Assembly (NCBI GenBank): GCA_013138765.1
Contig: WTCB01000041.1
Span: 1 to 36,126, forward strand
Length of the DNA stretch: 36,126 bases
Direction of reading: 5' to 3'
Source of the DNA: Candidatus Nanohaloarchaea archaeon
GTDB taxonomy: Archaea; EX4484-52; GLR71
Made by a program: the position numbers and the translations under genes. The notes below the pieces were generated by a model. The model was not told the origin of the DNA, made no database searches, and was given only the letters and a program-made list of their open reading frames with translations. Below, one piece after another: positions 20,162 to 29,564 of this stretch (the stretch's first letter is position 1; each line of letters begins with the position of its first letter).

Positions 20162-20172
20162 TATATATAGGT
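20162..20172 (-). promoter_or_regulatory. Putative TATA box for the pilin operon
   Basis: AACC-TATATATA about 50 nt upstream of ATG 20114. Confidence 0.4.
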
Positions 20173-20200
20173 TATGGTTATTATCCTACAATATTTAACA

Positions 20201-20282
20201 GAAACAAAAAATATGCAATATAAAAAACTAAAACAAAAATCAAAAAAATAATTTAAAAATAACAAAAAAAGAAAAGGAAAAA
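20201..20282 (-). terminator. Oligo-T terminator region after the thermosome gene
   Basis: Repeated T4-T7 runs on the minus strand after the stop at 20288. Confidence 0.55.
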
Positions 20283-20287
20283 TCCTC

Positions 20288-21946
20288 TTACATCATAGGA
20301 GGCATACCGCCGCCGCCCATTGGAGGCATACCTTCAGGCATTCCGCCGCCGCCAAGCTTTGATGCAGAGATTACATCATCAATCCTGAGGATCATTTCAG
20401 CAGCTTCAGATGCAGATTTTATTGCCTGTGTCTTTATCTTGACAGGTTCCAAAACACCCTGTTTTAGCATATCTTGTGTATTATTTGTAAATACATCAAT
20501 ACCTGCCCATTTATTGCCTTTGTCATGAGCAGAGCGAAGTTCAACAAGTATATTGATCGGGTCAATTCCAGCATTCTCAGCAAGAGTCTTAGGTATTACC
20601 TCAACAGCATTAGCAAAAGCAACTATGGCAAGCTGTTCACGTCCACCGACAGAATCACTATACTTTCTTAACTCTTTTGCAATTTCAGCTTCAGGAGAAC
20701 CACCACCTGCAACAACTTTGCCTACCTCAATAGATGCAGAGACACCGCCAAGAGCATCTTTCATAGCTCTTTCAATTTCATCAACCACATGATCAGTTCC
20801 GCCACGGACAAGTATTGAGACTGATTTAGGATCCTTACATTTTCGTACAAATATCATCTCACTTCCGGATATTTTCTTCTCTTCAACAATACCTGCAGAA
20901 CCAAGATCATCCGCATTAATTTCATCAAGATTAGATATTATGCTTCCACCTGTAGCTTTTGATAAGGCATCCATATCAGATTTCTTGACTCGTCTTAAGA
21001 CCATTATGCCCGCTTTAGCAAGATAATACTGTGCCATGTCATCAACACCTTTTTGACAGAATACAACATTTGTCTTTGATGCAATTATCTTTTCAACCAT
21101 CTTTTTAAGCATCTTTTCTTCCTGTTCTAAAAACGCATTCATCTGAGAAGGGTCAGTAATCCTTATCTGCGCATCACTTTCCAGCTCTTTTACTTCAATA
21201 GCACTATTGATAAGAGCAATCTTAGCATTTTCAATCTTTTTTGGCATACCTGAATGAACCACTTCCTTATCAATTATAAGACCGCTGATAAGTGTTGTAT
21301 CATCTGTAGACCCGCCAGCTTTTTTCTCAAGCTTTATCTGATCAAGATCAATGACTGTTTTACCTTCATCTTCAACAGCCACCTGAATTATAGATTCAAC
21401 TGCAATTTTTGCTAAAAACTCTTTTGCAGATTCACTGGATTTACCAGTCATTGAAGTAAGTGCAATCTTTGTAAGAAAATCCTTATCCTTAATATCAACA
21501 GCAATTGCAATCTTATCCAAAATTTCAAGACTTTTCTCTTTTGCAAGCCTGTAACCCTGAGCAATACTTGTAGGATGAATCTTTTGTTCAAGAAGTGTTT
21601 CTGACTGTTTGAGGAGTTCACCAGTAAGAACTGCAGCAGTAGTTGTACCATCTCCTACTTCTGCATCTTGTGCCTTTGCAACTTCAACAACCATCTTTGC
21701 AGCCGGATGTGTTATCTCCATCTCTTCAAGTATAGTCACACCATCATTTGTGATCACGACCTCACCTAAAGAATCCGTAAGCATCTTATCCATACCTTTA
21801 GGTCCAAGTGTCGTCCTGACTGCATCAGCCACAATTTTTGCAGCCGCAATGTTTGCCATCTGCGCATTCCTTCCGCTCTCTCTAAAAGTGCCTTCAGGCA
21901 CAACAATTATAGGTTGTCCACCAATCTGTCCATTCATATTTTTCAT
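20288..21946 (-). CDS. ths: Thermosome subunit (group II chaperonin)
   Basis: [37 protein letters not shown] and a GGM-rich tail. Alpha versus beta subunit cannot be determined. Confidence 0.97.
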   Translation of the reverse strand: MKNMNGQIGGQPIIVVPEGTFRESGRNAQMANIAAAKIVADAVRTTLGPKGMDKMLTDSLGEVVITNDGVTILEEMEITHPAAKMVVEVAKAQDAEVGDGTTTAAVLTGELLKQSETLLEQKIHPTSIAQGYRLAKEKSLEILDKIAIAVDIKDKDFLTKIALTSMTGKSSESAKEFLAKIAVESIIQVAVEDEGKTVIDLDQIKLEKKAGGSTDDTTLISGLIIDKEVVHSGMPKKIENAKIALINSAIEVKELESDAQIRITDPSQMNAFLEQEEKMLKKMVEKIIASKTNVVFCQKGVDDMAQYYLAKAGIMVLRRVKKSDMDALSKATGGSIISNLDEINADDLGSAGIVEEKKISGSEMIFVRKCKDPKSVSILVRGGTDHVVDEIERAMKDALGGVSASIEVGKVVAGGGSPEAEIAKELRKYSDSVGGREQLAIVAFANAVEVIPKTLAENAGIDPINILVELRSAHDKGNKWAGIDVFTNNTQDMLKQGVLEPVKIKTQAIKSASEAAEMILRIDDVISASKLGGGGMPEGMPPMGGGGMPPMM

Positions 21947-22014
21947 TCTCCCTGTTTTTTAAGAAACTGTATAATATAATCTTGTAAGAAGTATTGATTC
22001 ATGCGCAACCAAGT

Positions 22015-22026
22015 TTTATAAACTTT
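22015..22026 (-). promoter_or_regulatory. Putative BRE-TATA of the thermosome gene
   Basis: Minus-strand AAAG-TTTATAAA about 70 nt upstream of the start. Confidence 0.5.
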
Positions 22027-22086
22027 ATGATTATGTGAGTATACAGAAAAAATTAAAAAACAAATCAAAAATCTAAAAAAACATTT

Positions 22087-22140
22087 AATTTATAATTTAT
22101 TTTATAAATCATTAAAACTATTTTAATAAATGATTTTTAA
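22087..22140 (+). repeat. 54-bp direct repeat, copy 1 (abuts the IS left end)
   Basis: 46/54 identical, ungapped, to 24270-24323; contains TTTATAAA. Confidence 0.8.
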
Positions 22141-22253
22141 CCTAACTTTCTCACCAAAATCACTATTTTTTAACACCTCTAAAAATTAATACCCTCTACT
22201 GTTATTCTTTTTATTTGATTATATCTATGATTTTGAAAATTTAAAAATATCTG

Positions 22254-24148
22254 TTACGACCAATAATTAATGTGGTTGAGATTACACTGATGTATTTATT
22301 GTATCTTATTTTTAAACGAAAAGCATATATACTATTACGACCAATTAAATATTATGCTGAAGTATAACTGGTACCTTAAAAAACATCACCATAATTACTA
22401 TAGTCTTGTAGAACCATACAGAGAGAATGGTAAAAACAGACATCGAATAATATATTATTATGGACAATTGACGGATGAAGAACTGCAGATAATAACACAG
22501 GCTTTAGAAGTCATGAAAAAACGCAAAGCAACAACAAAAATTGAAGACATAATCTTTGAGAATTACTGGCAGTATTTAAATATTGCATTTATGAACAGTA
22601 TCTGGAACCAATGGGATCTTTCTAAAATATTCATGCAATCCAAAAATAAGATTGTGCAGACATCGGAAATTGCAAAAATATTAACGATATATCGCTGTTT
22701 AGCACCCGGGAGCTATATCTCTGCAATAGAATGGAATAAAAAAACGGCATTAAATCGCATTTTAGATATAGATAACCGACATATAAACAAATCAAAAATA
22801 TTCCGTGAACTCGATGAAATTGAGAATAGAAAAATAGATATAGAAAATCATCTATACAAAATATTAAATGAACGTGATGCGGACTTGCAATTTGTATTTT
22901 ACGATCTCACTGATTCATATTTTGAGGGTAAAAAACGCGAATTGGCGACACCTGGAATTACTAAAAACAACGGTTTTCAAAAAAAAAGAATTGTTCTGTC
23001 ACTCTTGGTAAATTCAAAAGGATATCCATTCGCATGGGATATACTTGATGATTACACAGCAGATGTCAATACAATTAAAGACTTATCGACAAAGTGGATA
23101 TCACAGTTCAAATTCAATGAAAAAGAAATAATATTGGTTTTTGATAGAGGTATGGTTTCAGATGAGAATCTTAAACATCTTGAAAATGAAAAATATGTTT
23201 ACATAACTGCATTAGATAAAAATCAGATACCATATCTAAAAAATGCCAACATTGAACGTTTCAAGCCACTCAACGAAGAAAATATGATTGAACACATAAC
23301 AAAAATAGGATTTAAAAAATATGATGATAAAACATATTTTGAAAACATAGGAATAATTGAGGGTAGACGTTATGTCATGATATTTAATCCTAAAATGTTT
23401 GTGGATGAAATAGAATCTCACGATAAACTTATGGTACGGGCAAAAGCATATCTTGATGAAGAAAATAAAGCTTTGACTGATGCGAAAAATAGCAGGAATG
23501 AAGCTAAAACAAGAAATAAGATAGACATGCAATTAAAAGTGTTAAAGGCTAAGAAATTTGTGGATTATGATCTTGAACCTCTGACGATAAAGACAGATGG
23601 TAAAGAAGTCAATAGTTTTCAGATAGTGAAAAAAGATACTGAAAAAACTAAAAAAGCGATTGAAAAGGCAAGAAAAACATATGGTTTGTGGGTTCTTGTT
23701 ACAAATAATATTAACGATGAAAAAGACATGAAGGTTCTTACCGAAGAAAGATTAATTTCTGCATACAGAGATAAGAATCAGATAGAAGATGCGTTCAAAG
23801 ATGTGAAATCGTTCATAAAAATACAGCCGTTCAATGTTTGGACACAAAATCATGTGAAGGCACATTATACGATATGTGTGCTTTCATATCTATTGAATAT
23901 TACAATTACTGACCAATTGAAAAAGATAGAACTCGACATAAAAAGTTCGCAGAAAGTGTATAGCACACTACAGGATGGCATAATCGGCAAGATCACTATT
24001 CAAAATACAGGATTTGAATCTTTAAAACTGATTAAACTTAAAAGTCAGCAAAAAAAGATTGTTGAGTTGTTTCAGTGCGAAACAATTATAGATAAAAAAT
24101 ATTTGAAATCGATTGGAATTAATTATTGAAATGATACATTACGACCAA
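22254..24148 (+). repeat. Three subterminal direct repeats TTACGACCAA inside the IS
   Basis: Exact copies at 22254-22263, 22335-22344 and 24139-24148. Confidence 0.8.
22354..24129 (+). CDS. IS1634-family DDE transposase
   Basis: LVEPYRENGK N-terminus, FYDLTDSYFEG (D), VFDRGM (D), QIEDAFKDVKS (E) and HVKAHYTICVLSY. The frame is intact. Confidence 0.92.
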   Translation: MLKYNWYLKKHHHNYYSLVEPYRENGKNRHRIIYYYGQLTDEELQIITQALEVMKKRKATTKIEDIIFENYWQYLNIAFMNSIWNQWDLSKIFMQSKNKIVQTSEIAKILTIYRCLAPGSYISAIEWNKKTALNRILDIDNRHINKSKIFRELDEIENRKIDIENHLYKILNERDADLQFVFYDLTDSYFEGKKRELATPGITKNNGFQKKRIVLSLLVNSKGYPFAWDILDDYTADVNTIKDLSTKWISQFKFNEKEIILVFDRGMVSDENLKHLENEKYVYITALDKNQIPYLKNANIERFKPLNEENMIEHITKIGFKKYDDKTYFENIGIIEGRRYVMIFNPKMFVDEIESHDKLMVRAKAYLDEENKALTDAKNSRNEAKTRNKIDMQLKVLKAKKFVDYDLEPLTIKTDGKEVNSFQIVKKDTEKTKKAIEKARKTYGLWVLVTNNINDEKDMKVLTEERLISAYRDKNQIEDAFKDVKSFIKIQPFNVWTQNHVKAHYTICVLSYLLNITITDQLKKIELDIKSSQKVYSTLQDGIIGKITIQNTGFESLKLIKLKSQQKKIVELFQCETIIDKKYLKSIGINY

Positions 24149-24269
24149 AAACGAGCAGATTTTATACCTGCACTACTCCGATAGATACTGTTTTTAAAAA
24201 TTGAGTGGGAAACTCGGGCTAAAAGCTATTTTTATAGACAAATATCTAAAAAATATATCAAACAAGTTC

Positions 24270-24323
24270 AATTTATAACTTAATTTATAAATCATTAAAA
24301 TCCTTTTAATAACTCGTTTTTAA
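24270..24323 (+). repeat. 54-bp direct repeat, copy 2
   Basis: 46/54 identical to 22087-22140. Confidence 0.8.
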
Positions 24324-24408
24324 TAAAGTTTTAAAAAGCTATCAACGTTAAGTAGTATCAATGATTAAACAATCAAATGAATTCAAACTAAAATAAAAGT
24401 GAAACCTT

Positions 24409-24708
24409 ATGACAACAGAGATTAAAAAAATAGAAATTCCAACAACGTTAGATGAAGCTAAATCATATTTAAGAGACGAATATGATAAACTTAAAGATAT
24501 AAAAAACACTCTTGAACGTAAATATAACTCAGGTCTAACATATGATACGCCCAATGAAGCGTGGTGGGGGGCACAATACATACCAAAAATAAATCAAATA
24601 GGGGACGAAATAAGTTATATAAAAGAACTTTGTAGTAAAACAGAATCAGAAATTATAGCAGATGTTAAAAATTATATCAACTCACAAATAGAAGAACATA
24701 ACACATAA
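24409..24708 (+). CDS. Hypothetical helical protein
   Basis: 99-aa ORF with protein-like composition; no family recognised. Confidence 0.6.
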   Translation: MTTEIKKIEIPTTLDEAKSYLRDEYDKLKDIKNTLERKYNSGLTYDTPNEAWWGAQYIPKINQIGDEISYIKELCSKTESEIIADVKNYINSQIEEHNT

Positions 24709-24724
24709 AGAAATAAAACAATAA

Positions 24725-24859
24725 AAGAATTGCCTAAAATCCACTATCCCATGGAGCAAAGCTCCGGGGTATTTCGTGGATTTACAAGACGGCAATTCCT
24801 ACCTTTCTTGATGGTGATAAACCGATGCAGAGCATCGGGGTATTAAACCCATCAAGAAA
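24725..24859. repeat. Double-hairpin palindromic element (REP/MITE-like)
   Basis: Hairpin 1: GAATTGCC/GGCAATTC, AAATCCAC/GTGGATTT and GGAGC-AAA-GCTCC. Hairpin 2: TTTCTTGATGG/CCATCAAGAAA enclosing CCGATGC-AGA-GCATCGG. Both inner stems end in CGGGGTATT. Confidence 0.75.
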
Positions 24860-25137
24860 TAAATGAAACAACCCCTCCATCACTTAGAGATAAAAAGTAT
24901 AGTAAAACTATCGAAGACGGAACCGTAACTAAAGTGTATAATGAATCTACAGCAAATGAAATGTATTCATACGAGATAGATGAAAACGACCGCATAGAAA
25001 AACCACTAATTAAAGTCACTTATTTTTCTGGTGCACACATACCTCAAAAAGATAAACACTTTTCAGAGTTATCACAAACAATACAAGATATATTTAATAA
25101 CATCGATGGATTCGATTGGATCCAAAAAACTCAGTAG
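24847..25137 (+). pseudogene. Small hypothetical gene, possibly 5'-truncated or frameshifted
   Basis: The frame is open from 24847, but the first in-frame start is GTG 24934. ATG 24863 is out of frame by one base. Confidence 0.4.
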
Positions 25138-25219
25138 TGTATTAAAAAATAATGAAAATAATATTCAAAACTAAATAGAGAAACAATAAATGAAATTAAA
25201 ATAAAAAAAGGTGAAAAAT

Positions 25220-26101
25220 ATGAGTGAAACTATTTATAGTCGTGTTTTTGGAGAAACCCCTGTTGTAGAAATCAACAGCCCACGTGTTCAAGCAACTGAC
25301 ACAAAAGCTGCATGGGATAATTGTGCCATCAAATATTATAATGGTACAATACAAGATGTCGATATAACATCTTCAAGAGATAACATAATGGAAAAATTAA
25401 AAGGAACAAATATAATGAATCATGGTGGTATCTCAAATGCATCATCAATGTTTCGACAGTTTTATGGTGCAAATGAACTTACGTTGCAAGAATTTGAAAA
25501 AGCAATGAACTCAAAACAGACACTACCCTTCGTATTTGATTATGCAGATGCAGTTAAAGATTCAATTATTGCTTCAGGTGAAAACAATTTTGAAACTGTG
25601 CACAATTATAATCTTAAGAATTATCTTAAAATGAATATTTTCGAAGCACAACAAATTAGCAAAACAGAAGAATCAAAAGTTGCAGGCATACAACCTCTTA
25701 ATTGGAAACTGGTTGATACATCCACACGAGGTGGAATTAATGAACAGACGGAAATCTCACTTTTAAGCCAACCAGCACCATATTCATCTGGATTTGACCC
25801 AGGACTAATATATATAGGTAAATCCTTATGGGACGAAACAAAAATGGAAATAACAAATGTTGGTGGCAAAGGACAAGCAACCGGTGCACAAGACTTAGGG
25901 ATATATGGTATTTCTGAAATAGACATTGGTGGTAAAAAACACACACTTGAAGGTATAAACTATCTAACAGAGTATGGAATTAATGCTTTTAATCAAGCAG
26001 AAGAAAAGGGATATAGTAGTGTTGAAATAATAACTCAGACTTTGATTGAAAATAGGATACCAAGTGCAATTGTACCATTACATAAAATATTCATTAAATA
26101 A
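25220..26101 (+). CDS. Hypothetical soluble protein (enzyme-like, family not recognised)
   Basis: ATG 25220 follows a GGTGA RBS. 293 aa with Gly-rich motifs NHGG, DTSTRGG, GFDPG and VGGKG. Confidence 0.75.
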   Translation: MSETIYSRVFGETPVVEINSPRVQATDTKAAWDNCAIKYYNGTIQDVDITSSRDNIMEKLKGTNIMNHGGISNASSMFRQFYGANELTLQEFEKAMNSKQTLPFVFDYADAVKDSIIASGENNFETVHNYNLKNYLKMNIFEAQQISKTEESKVAGIQPLNWKLVDTSTRGGINEQTEISLLSQPAPYSSGFDPGLIYIGKSLWDETKMEITNVGGKGQATGAQDLGIYGISEIDIGGKKHTLEGINYLTEYGINAFNQAEEKGYSSVEIITQTLIENRIPSAIVPLHKIFIK

Positions 26102-26103
26102 AA

Positions 26104-26154
26104 AATTGCCTAAAATCCACCACTCATCGAAGCAAAGCTCCAGAGTGTTAAACC
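26104..26154. repeat. Degenerate, internally deleted copy of the palindromic element
   Basis: AATTGCCTAAAATCCAC is identical to 24728-24744. It is followed by AGCAAAGCTCC and GTGTTAAACC, which resembles the end of hairpin 2. Confidence 0.7.
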
Positions 26155-26176
26155 AAAAATAAAAGAGATTATAATT

Positions 26177-26971
26177 ATGGATGCCATTTACAAAAGCTTA
26201 AAAGGAAAAACCGTTATTGTAGTCGGAACAGGCAGCTTAGGTGGTGCCATAGTAAATGATTTTTTAGAACAGGGTTGTAAAGTTTATGGAATAGACAATA
26301 ACCAAGACACACTTGATAATTTATCCAATAAATATTCTGAATATGGATATCTATTTCAACCACAACTTGCAGATGTCACAGAAGTTCAAGACTTTGAAAC
26401 AATCCTTAAAACGATAGGAGATAATGAAGAAACCCCAATACATTCATTTGTATATACAGCAGGACTAGGTGTCTCAAGCGAACCAGACAGTTTCAAAGAC
26501 CGACTTCCCGAAGAATTATTCCAACTAAACGTATTCGGACTTATGTATGGAATAAGAGCCATCTCTGAATATCTTGACAAAGGGTCATCAATAATAGCAA
26601 CTGGTAGCTTAAATGCCACACGCCCAGAACACGGAATGTCAATGTATGATACAACAAAAGCAGCAATACACCAATACATGAAAACCGCCTCATTACACTT
26701 CGGTCCAAAAGGCATTCGTGTAAATGTAGTTGCTCCAGGTTACATACACACAACACAGACAGAAACCGAAATGGAAGACTCAATTACAAAAAAAAGAATA
26801 GAAGACTCAACGACATTAGGATATATAGGTGAACCTAAAGACGTATCATCAGTTGTTATATTTCTTGCATCTGATGCATCTAACTACCTAACTGGTGAAG
26901 TAATCCATGTAGATGGTGGCTTAGCAGATGCCCAATATCCAGCCATAAAAAAACAGATAGACAACATATAA
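26177..26971 (+). CDS. SDR-family NAD(P)-dependent oxidoreductase
   Basis: VVGTGSLGGAI, YTAG, catalytic S...YDTTK, IRVNVVAPG and TGEVIHVDGG. An Asp after beta-2 (GIDN) suggests NAD preference. Confidence 0.92.
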   Translation: MDAIYKSLKGKTVIVVGTGSLGGAIVNDFLEQGCKVYGIDNNQDTLDNLSNKYSEYGYLFQPQLADVTEVQDFETILKTIGDNEETPIHSFVYTAGLGVSSEPDSFKDRLPEELFQLNVFGLMYGIRAISEYLDKGSSIIATGSLNATRPEHGMSMYDTTKAAIHQYMKTASLHFGPKGIRVNVVAPGYIHTTQTETEMEDSITKKRIEDSTTLGYIGEPKDVSSVVIFLASDASNYLTGEVIHVDGGLADAQYPAIKKQIDNI

Positions 26972-26992
26972 AATAAAAAAAGTACAAGAGTT

Positions 26993-28171
26993 ATGATATT
27001 TATGGAAAATGAAACCGGTTTTGGATCTGATTATTATATCATCTCTCAAATTGAAAACGTTGAAAAAATCGCTAAACAAAAAGGATTAGACCTATATTCC
27101 ACCCCCATGATAATTGGTTTTGATGTTCAGGGACCTGTCGTAAAACTTACAGATGCTTCCTTTGAACCATGGTCACAAATAAAATCAGCCATACTGGATT
27201 TCAACAGAAATAAATCTATCGAAAAAGCCATAATTTCTGGATGGGATTTAAAAAGTCTTGAAAACTTCAGAGATACTAACTTAGGAGACTTACCTATAAG
27301 CATTATAGGTGAACTTGGTTCAATTATAAACTACGAGAATCATATATACGAAATAAATCCAATGAAAGATACATTTGAATTCTATAATATGGAACTTGAT
27401 ATATTCAAAAAAGCTGCAGAAAAAGGATTAAAAATAGCCATACAAGGAAATGCTTCAAAAAACGTAAACTGTTTCTATTTTGAAGGAGATGGTATTGAAA
27501 GAGGAGATATAAGAAACCATTTCCTTGTAAAAGATACAGACATAACTACAAACGATATATATCAATCAATAATAACATCCCCTTTTAATACTGATAACTT
27601 CGAATATAATAATAATAAGGATAAAATCTGTTTTGAGTCCACCATAGAAAATATAGAAATTATTGATTATGTTCTACGCCAAGTATACACATTACAATCA
27701 GTAAGACTCGCAGAAGAAAACGAAAACAAAATATCAATAAGAAGAGACAATGATGATAATATTAATTTCACAATAGATGATATGGTAACATTTTCAAAAG
27801 AAGCCATACCCGACAGCTGGGAAATTGAACCAAATTCAGATTACTGTATCGATGTAATCCATAAAAATAACGGTTACAGACCAACAAAAGAAACAGCAGC
27901 ATATGAACTTGGAAAACTACGATTCGGCGAACAATCTTTCATAATTACAAACATAGGAGACAAAAAAGGTGATGTATTAACTGGACCAAACACAATATTT
28001 TTCGCACAAATTGGTAGTCCCGCAGAAAATTACTGTATAGACGAAAATTTACCATATATACCTGTAGTCAATGCAATCGATTATTTCCACATAATGGCAC
28101 AAATCACAAATACAACAATAAAAAATAGAATTCTATCAGAAATACCCCAAATACAACCAATATATGTCTAA
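26993..28171 (+). CDS. Divergent HAD-superfamily (class IIB-like) sugar phosphatase/mutase
   Basis: Motif I FDVQG, motif II ISGW, IIGELGS (the IxENG equivalent), a large cap, motif III TK and motif IV IGDKKGD. Confidence 0.6.
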   Translation: MIFMENETGFGSDYYIISQIENVEKIAKQKGLDLYSTPMIIGFDVQGPVVKLTDASFEPWSQIKSAILDFNRNKSIEKAIISGWDLKSLENFRDTNLGDLPISIIGELGSIINYENHIYEINPMKDTFEFYNMELDIFKKAAEKGLKIAIQGNASKNVNCFYFEGDGIERGDIRNHFLVKDTDITTNDIYQSIITSPFNTDNFEYNNNKDKICFESTIENIEIIDYVLRQVYTLQSVRLAEENENKISIRRDNDDNINFTIDDMVTFSKEAIPDSWEIEPNSDYCIDVIHKNNGYRPTKETAAYELGKLRFGEQSFIITNIGDKKGDVLTGPNTIFFAQIGSPAENYCIDENLPYIPVVNAIDYFHIMAQITNTTIKNRILSEIPQIQPIYV

Positions 28172-28223
28172 AAATAATTCAAACACACACAATTAATAGA
28201 GACTCCAAAAAGCATAAATAAAT

Positions 28224-29564
28224 CTAAATCATCTCAATACGATACATCAAATTATCAAACACTTTTTTAATCTTTTTCTCATCTTTACTTTCACAGACAA
28301 CACGAACCACAGGCGATGTTCCAGAAGGACGCACAAAACAGACAACACCAGATTTATCAAATTTGACTCCATCTTCATCAGAGATTATTAGATTATCTTC
28401 ATCAGATTTGACCATCTCAATTATTTTTACCATTTTATTCTGAACACTACCCATATCCTCAAATTTCATTTTTTCATGTAAAATATGATATTTAGGTATT
28501 GAATCCCTCATAGAAACCAATTCTTTAGCTTTTGCCGCAAGCACTAATGCACAGAAAGTCCCACTGTTATACCAACAGAATTCAGGAAATGCATAATGTC
28601 CATTTGGTTCACCACAAAAATCAGCACCAATCTCTATCGCTTTCTTAGATACAAAAATATCCCCCACCCGAGTAAATATCACTTCAGAACCAGTATAATT
28701 TTCAAGCATCTTTGATGTATCAAGAGATGCCACTATCTTTTCTGCACCAGCTATCTTTGCTAAAATACAAAAAATCTCATCACCTGAAATCCAATTCCCT
28801 AATGAATCATATGCAAATATTCTATCTGCATCAGGATCATGACCAACAATAAGATCCGCCTTATTCTTTTTCAATATCTGTACAAGATGTCTCTTATTAT
28901 CCATATCTGGCTCCGATGGCACTGAACATATAGGAACCTCCTTACAATTAACACGGATCACTTTTGCACCTAACTTTTCAAGAAGAATAGGTGTTGTTAG
29001 AGAAGCACCACCATTACAACAATCAACAACAACAGTAGCATCAATTTTATTTGAATATTTTTTGAAAGCTTCGATAGCTTTAGAGATATAAACATTAGAA
29101 AATTCTAAAGATTTATCAGTAAATAAACCAATATTTTTATACATACAGGATCTAAATTCTGATGACATGAAACGTTTCTTTATCTTTGCCATATCCTCAT
29201 TTGAAAAACCATTACCCTTTTGATACATCAACTTAAAACCATTCCTAGTCCAATCATGATGTGATGCAGTTATCATGACAGACAAATCCGCACCATAATG
29301 ATTGCCTGCAAGCGCAATCTTATCCGTAGGCCCAAGACCCACATCGATAACATCAACACCCGTACTGAGTATACCTGCAACTAACGCACTTTTCAGAGAT
29401 CGACTGCATTGCCTTGTATCAAAACCAACAACAATGGTCTTTTTTGCAAAAGTACCGATAGCCTTACCAAATTTAAGAGCAAACTCTTCATCAAGCTCAG
29501 ATGGATATTCTCCACGAACATCATATCTTGTAAACACGACAGGTTCTTTTTCATTTTTCACCAT
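28224..29564 (-). CDS. Alpha-D-phosphohexomutase (PMM/PGM/GlmM family)
   Basis: YDVRG, TASHH phosphoserine loop, DPDADR metal loop, GEPNGH and VRPSGT. Confidence 0.9.
   Translation of the reverse strand: MVKNEKEPVVFTRYDVRGEYPSELDEEFALKFGKAIGTFAKKTIVVGFDTRQCSRSLKSALVAGILSTGVDVIDVGLGPTDKIALAGNHYGADLSVMITASHHDWTRNGFKLMYQKGNGFSNEDMAKIKKRFMSSEFRSCMYKNIGLFTDKSLEFSNVYISKAIEAFKKYSNKIDATVVVDCCNGGASLTTPILLEKLGAKVIRVNCKEVPICSVPSEPDMDNKRHLVQILKKNKADLIVGHDPDADRIFAYDSLGNWISGDEIFCILAKIAGAEKIVASLDTSKMLENYTGSEVIFTRVGDIFVSKKAIEIGADFCGEPNGHYAFPEFCWYNSGTFCALVLAAKAKELVSMRDSIPKYHILHEKMKFEDMGSVQNKMVKIIEMVKSDEDNLIISDEDGVKFDKSGVVCFVRPSGTSPVVRVVCESKDEKKIKKVFDNLMYRIEMI

Larger units (their letters stand above)
22141..24218 (+). 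mobile_element. IS1634-family insertion sequence (~2.08 kb)
   Basis: Imperfect terminal IRs: CCTAACTTTCTCAC (22141-22154) versus the reverse complement of 24205-24218, CCCGAGTTTCCCAC (10/14). Encloses a single DDE transposase. No exact target duplication seen. Confidence 0.8.

Noticed and set aside
20291..20353. CCG repeats at the thermosome 3' end
   Set aside because: They encode the ordinary GGM tail of chaperonins.
20474..21962. Antisense ORFs within the thermosome gene, and similar ones within the ATPase, SDR, mutases and glmS
   Set aside because: Fully overlapped by highly conserved genes.
22087..26154. CRISPR array or tRNA in the repeat-rich region
   Set aside because: There are only two or three copies of each repeat, without regular spacers or cas genes, and the hairpins do not form a cloverleaf.
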